From Octopus bimaculoides (Eukaryota): a DNA stretch of 51,510 nt. Below, piece after piece: positions 33,014 through 46,817 of this stretch. Positions within the stretch are counted from its first letter, which is position 1, and every line of letters begins with the position of its first letter. The notes under the pieces were generated by a model. It did no database searches. It saw only the letters and a program-made list of their open reading frames with translations, and was not told the DNA's origin. The stretch lies in the NCBI RefSeq assembly GCF_001194135.2, contig NC_068981.1, positions 72,108,142 to 72,159,651 of the forward strand, read 5' to 3'. A program made the translations under genes and the position numbers.

Positions 33014-34647
33014 ATACTTGTTTTCTGTGATACTCATTCGCCCTGTTCTTAAATTAAAATATATTTTTCTTAAGCTTTTGATTTTTTGATTCCTAAAAAG
33101 GATTTTTCGCTATTTTTTAGACTGTAGTTATTATACTCATTTTAATGTATATATGCGATTGATATTCAGTTTTTAATTAATTTTAAAATCATTTTGTCCA
33201 CAATGGTCGATCGTTTTCATTCAACAGATTCATATCACTTTTCGGAGTAATAATCCACTGTTCAGTCAGTGTGAAATGTTTATTTAATGAGTTACTAAAT
33301 AATTATCACTGCATCGTTTATAAAGTACAATAATAATATTAATAAAAGTGAAATTCTGTCTCTCTATCTGGAACCCCTGTATCTCAGTCTACATTTGCTC
33401 CACATAGAGACATATTATACCTTTTTGGAATCAGGATGATCCCAGGATTGAACATTTGCCCTTCATTTCGTTCTTGAGCATCCAGCATTGGGATCTGATT
33501 TAAAAGCATTTGGGTTGCTATTTCTAGCAGGTAAAGCTTGGCTGATTCATGCCATCTTGCTTGGCGTTTGTCAGATGGCATTAGAATCAAAGGGGAAATA
33601 AATGACATTTACTTCGTTACTTTTACTTTCGAGATAAGAACTTTGGGACAAATTGGCCAACAGTTGGAATTCAACTTCAGACGGGAACGATAGAATGATT
33701 GCATTACAGAATTAATTCTCTTCTGTCCTTAACCTTTGATCAAACAGCACCGGTGCATAGAGTCACTATAGACGTATTATATTCATGCTATTTAATTCTC
33801 TTTAATTTGGGGCTGCATGCTCAATTAGCCCTCCGCAGGATCTAGCTTAAAAGTCCGCAAGGAGTGTGTTTTTTAAGTTAGTTGTTAATGAAACTCACGA
33901 CTGTCTGATGATCGTTTATGTGAAACTCTAACAATTTGTGCATTGTTTGTAGCTTCGGTGAAACATTATACACATAAACGTATGTACATATACACGTACA
34001 CACATGAATGTATGCATGCATGTATGTATGTATGTATGTATGTATGTATATTTGTTCTTGGTAGGACAATAAACTGCATCCGATAGTGAGGCGCCAGTTC
34101 AGGTGTTCTGGAATTGTGGGGAATATGGAGTCATTCCTTAATTACCATTGCTCCCAGGTCTGTTCTGACACTATGGGTTAGATACATTTCGCAGGGACAG
34201 AGGAGGTTCGCCTTATTTTTAACAAGCTGTGGGGAAGAAGCGCTTATATGAGAAAGATACTCTGAGATAAAACTCGCAGTCCAAACGGTGCCAGTCATCT
34301 TGCAATGCTTGTCAGTGGAACATGCTTTGGTGGCGACTGAGAGATGGGAAAAAGTATTGTACACGTTTTTGTCATTTAAATCAAATTACGTGCAGATGTT
34401 TCACTATCATTTCATTTCTTCATCCTATGGCGATGGATGTGAAGAGTCATATCCGCGCGCACGCTGGGTTGAGAGTAAATACGCACAGTCAGGCTGAATG
34501 TGAGGCGGCTATCATCTAACAAGATGAGTCAATCACCATGTGTATGTGTGTGTGTGCGTGTGTGTGTGTTCATGCGTGCGTGTGTGTTTGTGTGTGTATG
34601 TGTATATATAAACAAACACAGACACACACACAGACACACACATAAAA

Positions 34648-34862
34648 TGAGGGGGTGCGGAAACGTTCTTAGCTTTAAAGGTGTCGCGAAAGGCCCGGTT
34701 GAAGGCCCGACCTTCCGAGTTCTTTTACAGGGCTTAGAGAGCAGAAGGACCGCTGTAATAAGTGTGTGAATCTAAGAGGAGAATATGTTGAATAAAATCA
34801 TTAAAAGCTGATCCTCCTGTATTTTCTTTTACCCGAAGCCAGGAACTTTTCAGCGCCCCTCA
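34648..34862. mobile_element. Mariner-type MITE
   Basis: Imperfect TIRs tgagggggtgcggaaacgttct...aggaacttttcagcgcccctca; about 215 bp with no coding capacity. Confidence 0.7.
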
Positions 34863-34870
34863 TACATACG

Positions 34871-34926
<56 letters not shown>

Positions 34927-35087
34927 CTTATTTGTAGTCATAATAATTTAGGAAAACCGTAAAACCGTTATATAAGCCACATACACACACGTGCACATAC
35001 ACACATACACACACACACATTTGTTATCATAAAAATATAGGAAAAGTGCTCTCTATGCAGGCCTCCTAATTACAACTCCTTAAAAAA

Positions 35088-35172
35088 AAGATTGCTTACC
35101 AACCACATGGTTCCGGGCCGACCAAGGCCTTTTGAGTGGATTTGCTAGACGGAAACTGAAAGAAGCTCGTTG

Positions 35173-35227
<55 letters not shown>

Positions 35228-35423
35228 ATGTCTGTGTTTGTCCCCCCAACATCGCTTGACAACTGATGCTGGTGTGTTTACGTCGCCGTCACTTAGCGGT
35301 TCAGCAAGAGAAACCGATAGAATGAGTACTAGGTTTACAAACAATAAGTCATGGGGTCGATTTGCTCGATTAAAGGCGGTGCACCAGCATAGCCGCAGTC
35401 AAATGACTGAAACAAATAAAAGA
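35088..35423 (+). mobile_element. SINE family 3, 5'-deleted, with internal (TA)/(TG) microsatellite
   Basis: gattgcttaccaaccacatggttcc...gagtggatttgctagacggaaactgaaagaagc...cttagcggttcagcaagagaaaccgatagaat...gtcaaatgactgaaacaaataaaaga. Confidence 0.82.
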
Positions 35424-38173
35424 AAATCAATTAAACTTAAAATGGTGATGTGATTTATTATATGGAACTCCTCTACACAGAAGGGTCACCAGATAGTTTA
35501 CACTCAGTAAAATGAAAAGCTGCAAATAGTGAAGAATTAATAAATCTGGATCCTTGCTGTGGCAATTAAATTGTATATAATGGCAATTAAATTGTACACA
35601 ATGATACAAAATCAATTGCAAAATTGATGACTCAATACAGGACATTTCAATATTCAAAGGATTCTAATAAAAGTGACGCCGATAATGATTTCAAGTTAAC
35701 TCATTCATTTGTAAGCAACTGGACAGCATTTTCAGAATTCCATTATAGTATTACACGCCTACTTTAAATTGAATGTTCATGATGTTATTATTTCTATAAC
35801 AATATTTTATGTCAAATAATAAAATCTTTACGATATATTATGTATGTTTATTCCTTTAACAAGAACATTCAAATAGATTTTTATAGATAATTTATTCCCT
35901 TATAAGAACATCTTTGTCTTTTAATATTTGTGGGTAGTGTATCTAATGGCGTGAGAGCCAAATTGTTGCTGTTACAGAAATAACATCGGAACTGGAGACA
36001 ATTTATTTCAAATTTTCAGAAAGCAACATACAAACGAATCATTATGGTGAGTAGTTTTTAAATACGGCTGTTATATAATACTTCAATTATAGTTAATAAA
36101 GCTTTTAGGAATGATAGGAACAGGAGAAAAATATTTCTACTTGATAGAATGGACCTTAAGGAAAACTAACGTTTACGTAAATACGTTTCTTTCTGTTCTT
36201 GTATATGCTTGTTAAAAATATTTGTCTTTTATTCTTTTGGGTTTTATAAAGCAAGAGCTATTTGAGTTCTTGCATCGACAATATACACTCCTCTCTCTCC
36301 CAGACTGGAGCATTTATGTCTATGTTATAAATCAATATTTACTATAAGGAGGAATAATGGCGTTTCTTTTATAACACCTGCTTAGTAAGTGGCCGATATA
36401 ACTAACATTGATATAGGAATCGTCCAAGGTGGCAACTTGATTTTTATTATATAATCTGAGAACAATAACCCGACAAAAAAAATCAATCATGAAGCATACG
36501 AAACCAACGACAAAGAAGGGTAAGTATATAATAAACATCTTAGATATATTAAAAATTCTTTGTAGAGTCTTTGAAACACTGAGATTTTAAAATAAGAATT
36601 GACAGCTATAGGATTTTCAAATTGTGTGTTGTCAGTCGTGGGATTTAAGAATAATGGTTACTAGTCGCGTAATAGAAATGTGTGGATACACCAATCGTGA
36701 GGCCAAGATTTCAAATACACTATAGTCGCCTCGCTGTCTGGATCTTTAATAAGTACACTTTTCCTAATTATATAAAGCTAAACTTGGTCGTTCGATTTGC
36801 CTTTAAACTTCACAGAAAAAATATTAATGAGTAAACATCTAAAAAAGAAAAGAAAAGAAAAAAAAATATTAACATCCCAGCACGAGATATTATTTATAGG
36901 GTAATGCAACAAAGCAGCAAAATTTCGGTTACAGTATACATATGTATCGATTTCTAAGCAAGATTTTCAAGTGGAAGATAATCAATCAGTTAGAGAATAG
37001 ATCTGATACATACTGGCAAAACAATATATTTTGAAACATCCTTCTTGTAATTTGAAAGTGATCATTTATAAGTCATACAAACAATAATATTATATATTAG
37101 TAATTTAGACGCGCTGAACGGCAAACCAAAGCCCACGAAAGTTTGGTCAGGAGTTATGACGTTGTGGTACTGGTGTTTTTGTTTTGTTAAAGCCTCTGCT
37201 TGCATACTGGGTATTCATTATAAATGCCTCAGACCCTGCCATTTGACCGTAAACCATATATTATAAATATCCTATTTGTTCACGCTGGAACTGATGGTTG
37301 AATCAGTGCTTTCATATTGAATGAAGTGAGCCAAATGTCAATAGCTTAAAATTATGTACATAGTGAGAAGAACACTTTTAGCTTAATGATTAATTCACAA
37401 TAAAGAAAGGAAGGGGAGACAATTTCTAAATCTAAGTTAATAAAACACTGGATGTGGGTATTCTGTGGGTAGCAAGGCAAATTGTATTAAGTACGGTGAC
37501 ATGTTTCGTGAATGTATAAACATGATATTCAATGCTTTACAGATTCTCAAAAGATTGTAATTTAAGGTGGTTTTCAAATAACTTTCGAAAGAAATCAAAT
37601 GTTCTTCTTTTGGAATATTTAGATAAAATCATTAAAAAAAAAAATTGAAAGAAAAATGGTCGATTAAAGAAAATAGGAAAACAATATAAAGCAGAGCTTA
37701 TTACTATCGCCTACCGATCTAAATAAAATTAAATCCATTTATGAGCATAAAACAAATGTGTACAATGGTTCTTGCTATAAATAGAATAAGGTTCAACATT
37801 AAAAATTTCTTCATTGATTAATATAGTGGTTTTAATTTAACACTTATTTCTGTCCGCATACAAAAGTAAGCTGGGAGGAGTGCGTTTTCTGCTATTTTTG
37901 AAAACATATTTTTCTGTTTAAAAGAAAGGATTTTAAATTTTCTATTTCATTGCATCTTCCAAATAAAATAAACATTCTCAGACCCTAAGCTATTAATAAT
38001 ATAAACCAAGTAGTAATGAATTCTTCAGGCTTTCACTTCGAATCATCAAAACACCCAACACACTCATTTACACATACGCACCACATGAATACATGGATGG
38101 ATAACACTATGAAACGCTATAAAGAAAATTTTGATTTTATTTTCAAATCCATATTTTAGCTGTAACTTTTATA

Positions 38174-39055
38174 TTGGATCATCCCATAAATAATGCAGTT
38201 TTTTAAATATTTCTTTTATTTTTCAAAATTAAGATAAACAAAGTTCCTTATTAATCTAAAATATACTCTCCTTGATATTATACAATGCTCTTTCATCTAT
38301 CTGGTAGACTTGTAAGGCCCTTGTTCCAAAATTCATTTGTCCGCGACGTAAAATATTCCTCCAGTACTGTTCTCACCTCGTCTACAGAATTCATATTTTT
38401 TTCCGTCCAAAGGATTCCGAAGACTGCGGAATAAATGATAATCAGATGGAGCAATGTTCGGCGAATATGGTGGGTGCGGCATCGTTTCCCATTCAAACCG
38501 CTTCAGCTTTTATAACTTCATTCTCGTTGTATGTGGCTGAGCATTATCCTGATGGAAGAACATTTTTCGTCTTGAAACCAGAGATGGTCGTTTTTCTTCT
38601 AGCGCAGGTGTTGATGAATGGTTGAATGACCAACTCCAAGCTTCTCTGCTAGTTACTCAACAGTTACGATGGGATTTTGTTCCACCAGGGCGTCCTCATC
38701 GAGCTCTATAGATCTTCTAGTACGTGGATCGTCTTCTGGTTCGGAATTTCTGGAACCACCGTTGACACTGGCTTACGCTTATTGTTTATTCTCCATGTAC
38801 TGCATTAATATTCCTCATACTTTCCGTTGCGTTGTTGCCTTTATTGAACTCATAAAGCAAAATATGCCGAATATGTCACTTCCATTATAGCTTTGAAAAA
38901 ATAACTGTTAAAATCGAACTGCACTCTCCAAAACAAGGACAAGGTAAAATTATTACCTACTTTTGCAGCAAGTTGATGCAGATAGTTTATCCCGTCCTCC
39001 TCCGACTTTTAATTCATGCAATTGAAAAAACCGCATTATTTATGGGATGGCCTAA
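38174..39055 (-). mobile_element. Internally deleted mariner with both TIRs and TA TSD
   Basis: TIRs ttggatcatcccataaataatgcagtttttt (38174-38204) and its near reverse complement (39025-39055), with TA on both sides. Peptides HIRHILLYEFNKGNNATES, SVSQCQRWFQKF, LAEKLGVGHSTIH and NMNSVDEVRTVLEEYF..LPDR. Confidence 0.9.
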
Positions 39056-39495
39056 TACATCATTGTATTATTCCTCGAAACCTGATTGTTTCTCACTTTT
39101 ATTGAGCGCTCTGCTAAAGCTTTTTGTAAAAGAAAAAAACTTTTAAAGCCAATGTTTACGTGCTATTATTTATAGCTTCATGTGCTTCGAGATCTTCTGT
39201 CCCTCCCCCCCAAAAAAAGGAAAAGAAAGATTTCACTTCTCCCGAAAGTTTATAAATTCGTATGACGTCAACAACAAACAATTCTTTATGGTAAGAATAC
39301 ATTTTCTAAAATGGATAAAAAAANNNNNNNNNNNNNNNNNNNNNNNNNNNNNNNNNNNNNNNNNNNNNNNNNNNNNNNNNNNNNNNNNNNNNNNNNNNNN
39401 NNNNNNNNNNNNNNNNNNNNNNNNNNNNNNNNNNNNNNNNNNNNNNNNNNNNNNNNNNNNNNNNNNNNNNNNNNNNNNNNNNNNNNNNNNNNNNN

Positions 39496-39530
<35 letters not shown>

Positions 39531-39534
<4 letters not shown>

Positions 39535-39780
39535 GCACGTGGGTTAGCGGTTAGGGTGTTTCGCTCACGACCGCTAGAGCGAAGGTTCAATACCCGAACC
39601 GGGTGGCGCGCTGTGCTCCTGAGCAGAGCACTTCACGTTGCTTCATTCCATTCATCTGCAACGGAATTACCTTCCGATCAGGAGGTATGTTGGCCTGCTT
39701 GCCTAGCCAGCCGGGTGACATCATCCGAAAGCTAAAACTATGCGAAGCGCATTGTGACCAGCGATGTGCAAGAACATCCG
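39531..39780 (+). mobile_element. SINE family 4 (tRNA head, CORE-like segment)
   Basis: gcaggcacgtgggttagcggttagggtgtttcgctcacgacc...ggttcaatacc, then ctgtgctcctgagcagagcacttcac. Confidence 0.65.
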
Positions 39781-39789
39781 ATACACAGA

Positions 39790-41270
39790 TCGATACTGTC
39801 ACATACACTCCCTGGTTGATCTGCCGCGGCTCTCAGCGCAGGAGGCAGAGTGCTGTGAAGGGCCGATCGGCCGATCACAGCCGCGGAGGTAGAAGAGGCA
39901 CTATCGGGCTGCGTTGGGGGAAAGTCACCGGGTCTAGATGGTCTTTCCTACGAGTTTTATTGTAATCTGGTCGTCCTGGACGCGACACATAGAAGTGGTT
40001 GCGCCTTCAGACTGGTCCCAGATTGTGCCCCAAACGACATAGGGCAACCCGACTACTTCAGACGGCTAGAAACTTTCCTTGGAACGTCGCGTACGTTAGG
40101 TGACTTTAATACAATCCTAGATGCACGTGTGGATTGTGTTGGCTCAATTCCAAATAGAAAAGGGAATACTTCCCTCACTAACCTGCTCAGTCGCTTTCAA
40201 CTGGCTGACAGGTTTAGAATGGATCACCTGGATACTCCTACGTGGACATGGACCAACAGCTTCGGGTCTCCCAGATTCTACTTTGATAGAGTATTCATTA
40301 GGTTAGGTGGCAAATCTAGCGTTAGTTATCCACAATTCCAGATCGTCAGCTATACGGGTCACAAGTTTGTGATCTGCAAGCTTGACTTAGATAGATTTTG
40401 TAGATACGTCACTCCTGGTGCGCAAAGCCTACAATGACCAGATTAGAGAATTAGTGAAAAGGGCGTTAATAGAAGCCATCATCAATTACTGGTGCGCCCT
40501 AAAAAGAGCCATTAAATTTTGAGTCACGTAGATATAGCAAAGCTCTAGCATTAGAAAAGAATAGTATAGAATAAGACTTATTTAGCACACTAGAAGAGGC
40601 ACTAAAATCTGGCAATGTTTCTAACGTGCTGGCAGGGAGAGTAGCCCTAGACCAACACTTCAGTGCCAGGCAGAAGGTTGTATTGTCACAGCTAAGTTAC
40701 GTGCTATGAGACAAGAGGGAATCAACGTCGCGAGATGGACCCGCTTAGTTGAGACCCAACGTGGCAATAAAGCCATAATATGGTCTTTGGTCAACCAAAA
40801 TGGATGCACGGTGAACGAACTCGACAAAATGTGTAAGGTCCTCCACCAGTATTTCGCTGTTCGGGACGAGTGGTGGGCCAGATCGCGGGATGGCTTTCTC
40901 GTCCTTGAAATGGAGGGCGGAGGTAGCAAACGTGTTTATCGCATCCGTCATCACCTACCGCCTAACTGTTGTGCCTTGCCTAGATTCGTGTCTAGTCAAG
41001 CTGGAGCGCCTGCTTTTCGCTTTTTGTGGAGAAACAGAGGTCTACTGGTCAGACGCTCTATTTGCTGTCAAATGCCGCTAAATGGAGGGCTGGGCATGCC
41101 TTGGCTGAAAATGCGCAGACGTGCGATAAGGCTAAGACATCTCCTGTTCTACTTAGACGGTGAACAGGTGTGGTGGCCCTTCGTGAAACTCGTCTTCCCA
41201 CAGTTCAACTAATTTAATGAACTAAACTGGTGGAGCATGATTGCGAAATCGTGGGTTTGATTTCCAGACC
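39790..41270 (+). pseudogene. Element E: Tx1/L1-like ORF2 relic with rearranged segments
   Basis: KSPGLDGLSYEFY (39922-39960). APE motifs GDFN (40099-40110), WTWTN, FDRVF and SYTGHKFV. Tether KMCKVLHQYFA. Post-RT GGLGMP near 41084-41101. Confidence 0.85.
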
Positions 41271-41283
41271 TGGTTAAGCCATG

Positions 41284-41361
<78 letters not shown>

Positions 41362-41766
41362 ATGTGTGTGTAGAAATATTCTGTTATTTTATTGGCTTGC
41401 TCATAAGTTATGTGTATTAGATGTCATTCGCAAATCGTAATAAGGTAGATCAAATAATTACATTAACAACAACATACCACCACGCTGAAATTGCATATGG
41501 ATTTGTATGAAATCATAAACTGCCTAACATTGATTCTGAGGAGACCAATGTCCGATACAAAGTGAGATATAATTACCAATTCAACTTTTTCTCCAATTTC
41601 ATAGATATTTATTGATCTTTCTACTTTTTCATTACCTTGCCGAGAAAAAAAAAAAGAAACAAAGAGGATAAGACAATACAAAAATATGTAGTTTGTCCGT
41701 ACACCCACACTTACACACCAGCACACATTTAAATGCTTAAACATAAAAACATATGTGTGTTTATAT

Positions 41767-41811
<45 letters not shown>

Positions 41812-42011
41812 NNNNNNNNNNNNNNNNNNNNNNNNNNNNNNNNNNNNNNNNNNNNNNNNNNNNNNNNNNNNNNNNNNNNNNNNNNNNNNNNNNNNNNNNN
41901 NNNNNNNNNNNNNNNNNNNNNNNNNNNNNNNNNNNNNNNNNNNNNNNNNNNNNNNNNNNNNNNNNNNNNNNNNNNNNNNNNNNNNNNNNNNNNNNNNNNN
42001 NNNNNNNNNNN

Positions 42012-42063
<52 letters not shown>

Positions 42064-42081
42064 TGTATGTATGAATGTATG

Positions 42082-42122
<41 letters not shown>

Positions 42123-42682
42123 TTACACACACACACATATAACACGCTTAAATAATTGGAAGAAAAAAAATCAAATATTTGTAGGAATGTTTAACATTGA
42201 ATGTATTTGAGATTAGCTCACAGAGAATCCTATTACTTGCAATTAACTTTGAAAAATAATCCAAAATTAAGTGAAAATCCGGTATCCACAAGAATTAATT
42301 ATCATTAAAGTGGGAGCATAGAAGCTGTGGAGCGTATTACGAACTATTTATTATATTTGCATAATTATTCATACTTCAATATATGCAATTATATGATGTC
42401 CTTCTACAATGACTTATTCAAATTACTTTTTCTCTATTTTCTTTCTCTTCTTCTCCAAATCGTTTTACGCATATTTAGGTATGCACAGCTATTAGTCGGT
42501 GAGGACGTCGCTGTGCATGCCAGAGATATGATGAGAATATTGTTTAAGTGTTTTGGCGGATGCAAACATAAAATATATTGTAAAATATAGATATAAACAT
42601 GTGTAAATATGCCCCATTTTGAACATTTCTGCTTGCAGCTTTCCATACGTTTTCCCACAAATGATATGATAAACGTAAATAC

Positions 42683-42721
<39 letters not shown>

Positions 42722-43249
42722 NNNNNNNNNNNNNNNNNNNNNNNNNNNNNNNNNNNNNNNNNNNNNNNNNNNNNNNNNNNNNNNNNNNNNNNNNNNNNNN
42801 NNNNNNNNNNNNNNNNNNNNNNNNNNNNNNNNNNNNNNNNNNNNNNNNNNNNNNNNNNNNNNNNNNNNNNNNNNNNNNNNNNNNNNNNNNNNNNNNNNNN
42901 NNNNNNNNNNNNNNNNNNNNNNNNNNNNNNNNNNNNNNNNNNNNNNNNNNNNNNNNNNNNNNNNNNNNNNNNNNNNNNNNNNNNNNNNNNNNNNNNNNNN
43001 NNNNNNNNNNNNNNNNNNNNNNNNNNNNNNNNNNNNNNNNNNNNNNNNNNNNNGAGAGTGAATGCCCGACACGGCATTGGTGAATAAAATTTCGTCATTT
43101 GTGTTTTACGGCTATCATTCGTTTCATGTTAAGAACATATCTTAAATTTTTAAGCGGATCTCGTAGAGGAATGGTGTTCGCCTCCAATTTGGATTTTTCA
43201 TATATATGTGTATATATGTGTGTGTGTATATACATACATATACATACAT

Positions 43250-43297
<48 letters not shown>

Positions 43298-43301
43298 GTA
43301 T

Positions 43302-43745
43302 TTATTTTCCATCATAGTATACCTTGCGGTCCACACACTTCTTCCATCAGAGTTACAGCGCTTGGATCCCATTTGATGAAGAAACTTCAATCTTGTTTGT
43401 CGCACACCAGATATGACGTCACCATCACTGCAACATTGATTCCAGACAAGTGCTTTTTCGTGTTAGGGAGCAGGTGAGAGTCATATGGGCCCAATTCAGG
43501 AGAATAGGGCTGCTGACCAATCAGTTCAAAGCCACAACCATGCACAACAGCGATTGAAACGAACATTGAACATTGTCCTGATGAAACGAGACTCCTTTCG
43601 TCAGTTTTCCTGGGAGTTTAGGCTCGATAGCCTTTCGTAACTGCCTCAGCAAGTTGGCATAATACTCTCCATTGATGGTGTGGTTCTTCTGAAGTTAGTC
43701 AATAAACACATGCCTTTTGTATCCCCCAAAACTGAGGCCATCACT
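43302..43745 (-). pseudogene. Mariner transposase C-terminal relic
   Basis: INGEYYANLLRQLRKAI, KLTKGVSFHQDN and a QPYSPELGPYD (PYSPDLAPSD-like) motif, ending near KKCVDRK. Confidence 0.85.
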
Positions 43746-43849
43746 AATTAAAGGCCATCACTGTATTAAAGAACAATGACACTTAAGTTTGATTACATTT
43801 TTATTTAACTAAGACCAATAAAAATCTTTCCCTAACTTTCCATAAAAAT

Positions 43850-43925
43850 CTTTCCGTGACTGGGCTCAATGTAATCGATTTATTCCCTCCTCAAAATTGT
43901 TTGTGCCAAAATTTGAAACCATCAT
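43850..43925 (+). mobile_element. SINE family 1 3' tail fragment
   Basis: tgggctcaatgtaatcgattt...tgtgccaaaatttgaaacca. Confidence 0.6.
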
Positions 43926-44574
43926 TTACTTATGTTAATTTTGTTTGTTGGTTTTAAGTTTCAATTGCATAGGCTTTGGAAAGCATTTTAGAGAAATTTC
44001 GATATCGATAAACAACTGCAGTTTACTTTGTTGAATAGATTTAATATATATTTCATAAATTCGTTTCTGGTGTTATTAGAAGACACACATTCTCATATAT
44101 TTCATACATACACACACATGCACACGCGAACACACACATACACACGCTCGCGCGCGCGCACACGTACACGCAGTGCCATCCGGAGCCCTTGAGTTAGCTG
44201 CCCATCATCCCTCCTCCTATACAAGCTTATACAGCTGACCCATAAAAACTCCGCCCGTAGCAGAACGCTTCCTCCCACTAGCTATGCTACTGCACACACC
44301 CACACCCACACACCCACACCCACACTCACCCCCAAGTAAATTTACACAAAACACATACCAAGTCATTTTCACTATACGGTTACACTAGGTTTTCTCTGAT
44401 TTCTGCTTATTGGTTAGCCTGATGAATTACATGTCTGAATGTGTAATATAATGTGCATACAAATGAGCAAGAAAATATACGCTTTTTGTAAGGTTATTGT
44501 TATGGAAATGAATTTCCTAGTGAACTCGCTGGGAAGTTGGCCTTATTTAATGTCTTCGTAATATTTTCATGTGA

Positions 44575-44770
44575 CCTAAGGCGATGAGCTGGCAAAATTT
44601 TTAGCATGCTGGACAAAATACTTAGCAGTATTTTTCCGGCTTTAGGTCGATTTTACCTTTCATCCTTTTAGGATCGATAAAATAAGTACCAGTTGAGCAC
44701 TAAGGTCGATGCAATCGACTTAACTCCTCCGCTGAAATTGCTGGTTATGTGCCAAAATTCGAAACTAATA
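44575..44770 (+). mobile_element. SINE family 1
   Basis: aaggcgatgagctggcaaaatt...cctttcatccttttaggatcgataaaataagtaccagttgag...gtgccaaaattcgaaac. Confidence 0.85.
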
Positions 44771-45784
44771 TTTTCATGTGACTTCACAGCCAGCGACAGA
44801 AATGTGTTTTGGAAACTAAAGGTACGCTAAGATATACGAAATAGAGATAACGGATTAGAGGTATACGTACGCTATACGCTTTCTCACTCGGTGAGTTGAG
44901 AAAGTGAAGAACCATCGTCTTTCTGCCTATCCATCTTATTTCTATCATTGTTTTGCTGTTATTCAGATCCGTGTAGATTAAACAAACAATTATATAGACG
45001 AATATCTTCAATGACTGCTTGCTTGATACGTTACGTAAATCACTGACCAAAAAAAAAAAAAAGGTATGAAATTGTTTACTGGATATGTTCTATAAAACTT
45101 GAGGTAATGCTTAGCATTAAAAGCAACTATGAGAAGGCTAATTCTTTTGTACTTGATTAAGCATGATTAATGTGTTTATGAATGAGTGTGAGTGTGCGTC
45201 AGCGCTAGATTAACCCATTAAGCAAAATAAGCACGTTCTTAGGGCATCAAGGGACAGGGGCAACACAAAAATGAAAATGGTTTACGGCACGAAAGAAATC
45301 ACTTTAAACTTGATAAAACAATATTCGTAATGTCTTATGTCTACTAAGTTTAGTAGCAGAAGTTTTACGTAAAATTAATTTTAACGATATCATCGAAGAC
45401 TTTGAAATAAAAAAAAAAACGAAAGAGAAAACATTTGAAATATAAATAAAGTGGAAGCATACAAAAATAAGCATTATTTTCTATGTTACTGTGAATTTTG
45501 TTTCATTTTCAAAAATGAAAAATTATTTTATGGTTTATTATCGTTTACATTTTGAACCATTTACATATACTTGAGGGCACCAAAATCTTTTAAGTGCTTA
45601 GAGTCTCTATGGGTCTTAATCCGATTCTGGTGTACGCATTCATACACACACACACATATTGGAATATGATATAGAGATTATTTATCCCCTAGAATTTATC
45701 CCCTGTAAAGAGTCTAAGTCTGAATTATTGGAGCACTACTAAGTGTCTTCTATACTGAGAATTCTTGTTACTCATCAGTTGACA

Positions 45785-45858
<74 letters not shown>

Positions 45859-46244
45859 GGAGAGAGAGAGAGAGAGACGCAGTGGGGGAGAGAAAGAGAG
45901 AGAAAGTGGGAAAGAGAAAGAGAAAGGGGCAGGAGAAGAGGAGAGAGTAGTTGAGAGATAATGATCCCTTATTACATATGTCAGACCTTACTGCATTTGT
46001 ACTTAACATACCGAAAGCTCTCCTTCCTAAAGTAGTTTACCTCGGCTATATTCTTGGTCAGTGTTTAGATTGATCAGTGTTATTCAAATAGCTAAACAAT
46101 GAAACATCTAAACTTCTCAAGTGCTAGTTTTATTCAAAAAGGAACTTGCTAAATACACTATCCTGAAAACATGAAATTATTTAGACGCCATTTACATTTT
46201 TAGTAACCGATCGCATTTTAATAAGTTAAAAATAAGCTACTAAC

Positions 46245-46410
46245 AAGGCACAGACATGGTTGCATGGTTAAAAAGTTCCCTTCTCTAACCATATGCCTTC
46301 AGATTCAGTTCTACTGCGTTACACCTTGGGCACTGTCTTCTGTAGTGGCGAAACCGACTTAATGTCTTGCGAGTAAATTTGATAGGTGGGAACTTAGTAG
46401 AAGACTATTG
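46245..46410 (+). mobile_element. SINE family 3, degenerate
   Basis: aaggcacagacatggttgcatggttaaaaagttccc...ctactgcgttacaccttgggcactgtcttc. Confidence 0.55.
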
Positions 46411-46414
46411 TTAC

Positions 46415-46627
46415 TGTAAGACGAGGAGGCTGGATATCTACGTGTGAGCCAGACTTCGTTGTTGGTGACTCGGTCAGATGTCCAGGATTCTTTTCGAGCA
46501 CTTCTCTGGAGTAGATGCTCCAGGCCTCACCGTCCTAAAACAGTGTGTTGCGGACACAAGCACTATCGATAGACGGTGACCTTGGGGTACGTTAGCTAAT
46601 TGTTTTCCCAGACACTCTTTGTCTGGG

Positions 46628-46630
<3 letters not shown>
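46415..46630 (-). pseudogene. RTE-clade LINE fragment
   Basis: Minus-strand KSVWENN, KVTVYR and GEAWSIYS resemble the RTE post-RT motif R..KRVW.N...TKV.VYRACVL..LLYG.E.W. Confidence 0.6.
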
Positions 46631-46662
<32 letters not shown>

Positions 46663-46718
46663 AAATTAAGGGATCAGCAACAGTTGCTTCACCACATACC
46701 GAAGTTCAGAAATAGCAG

Positions 46719-46817
46719 CTAAAATGCTGAAACTCCAACAGATAACATTACCTGCAACTCACACAGGCAAAGTGTGAGTTGCAGGTAATGCTATCTGTTG
46801 GCGTTTCAGCATTTTAG
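46719..46817. repeat. 46-bp inverted repeat with 7-nt loop
   Basis: Arm ctaaaatgctgaaactccaacagataacattacctgcaactcacac, loop aggcaaa, then the reverse complement with 2 mismatches. Confidence 0.95.

Noticed and set aside
44150-44340. Host promoter (GC box, CpG-richer patch)
   Set aside because: Short motifs occur by chance and there is no associated exon evidence.
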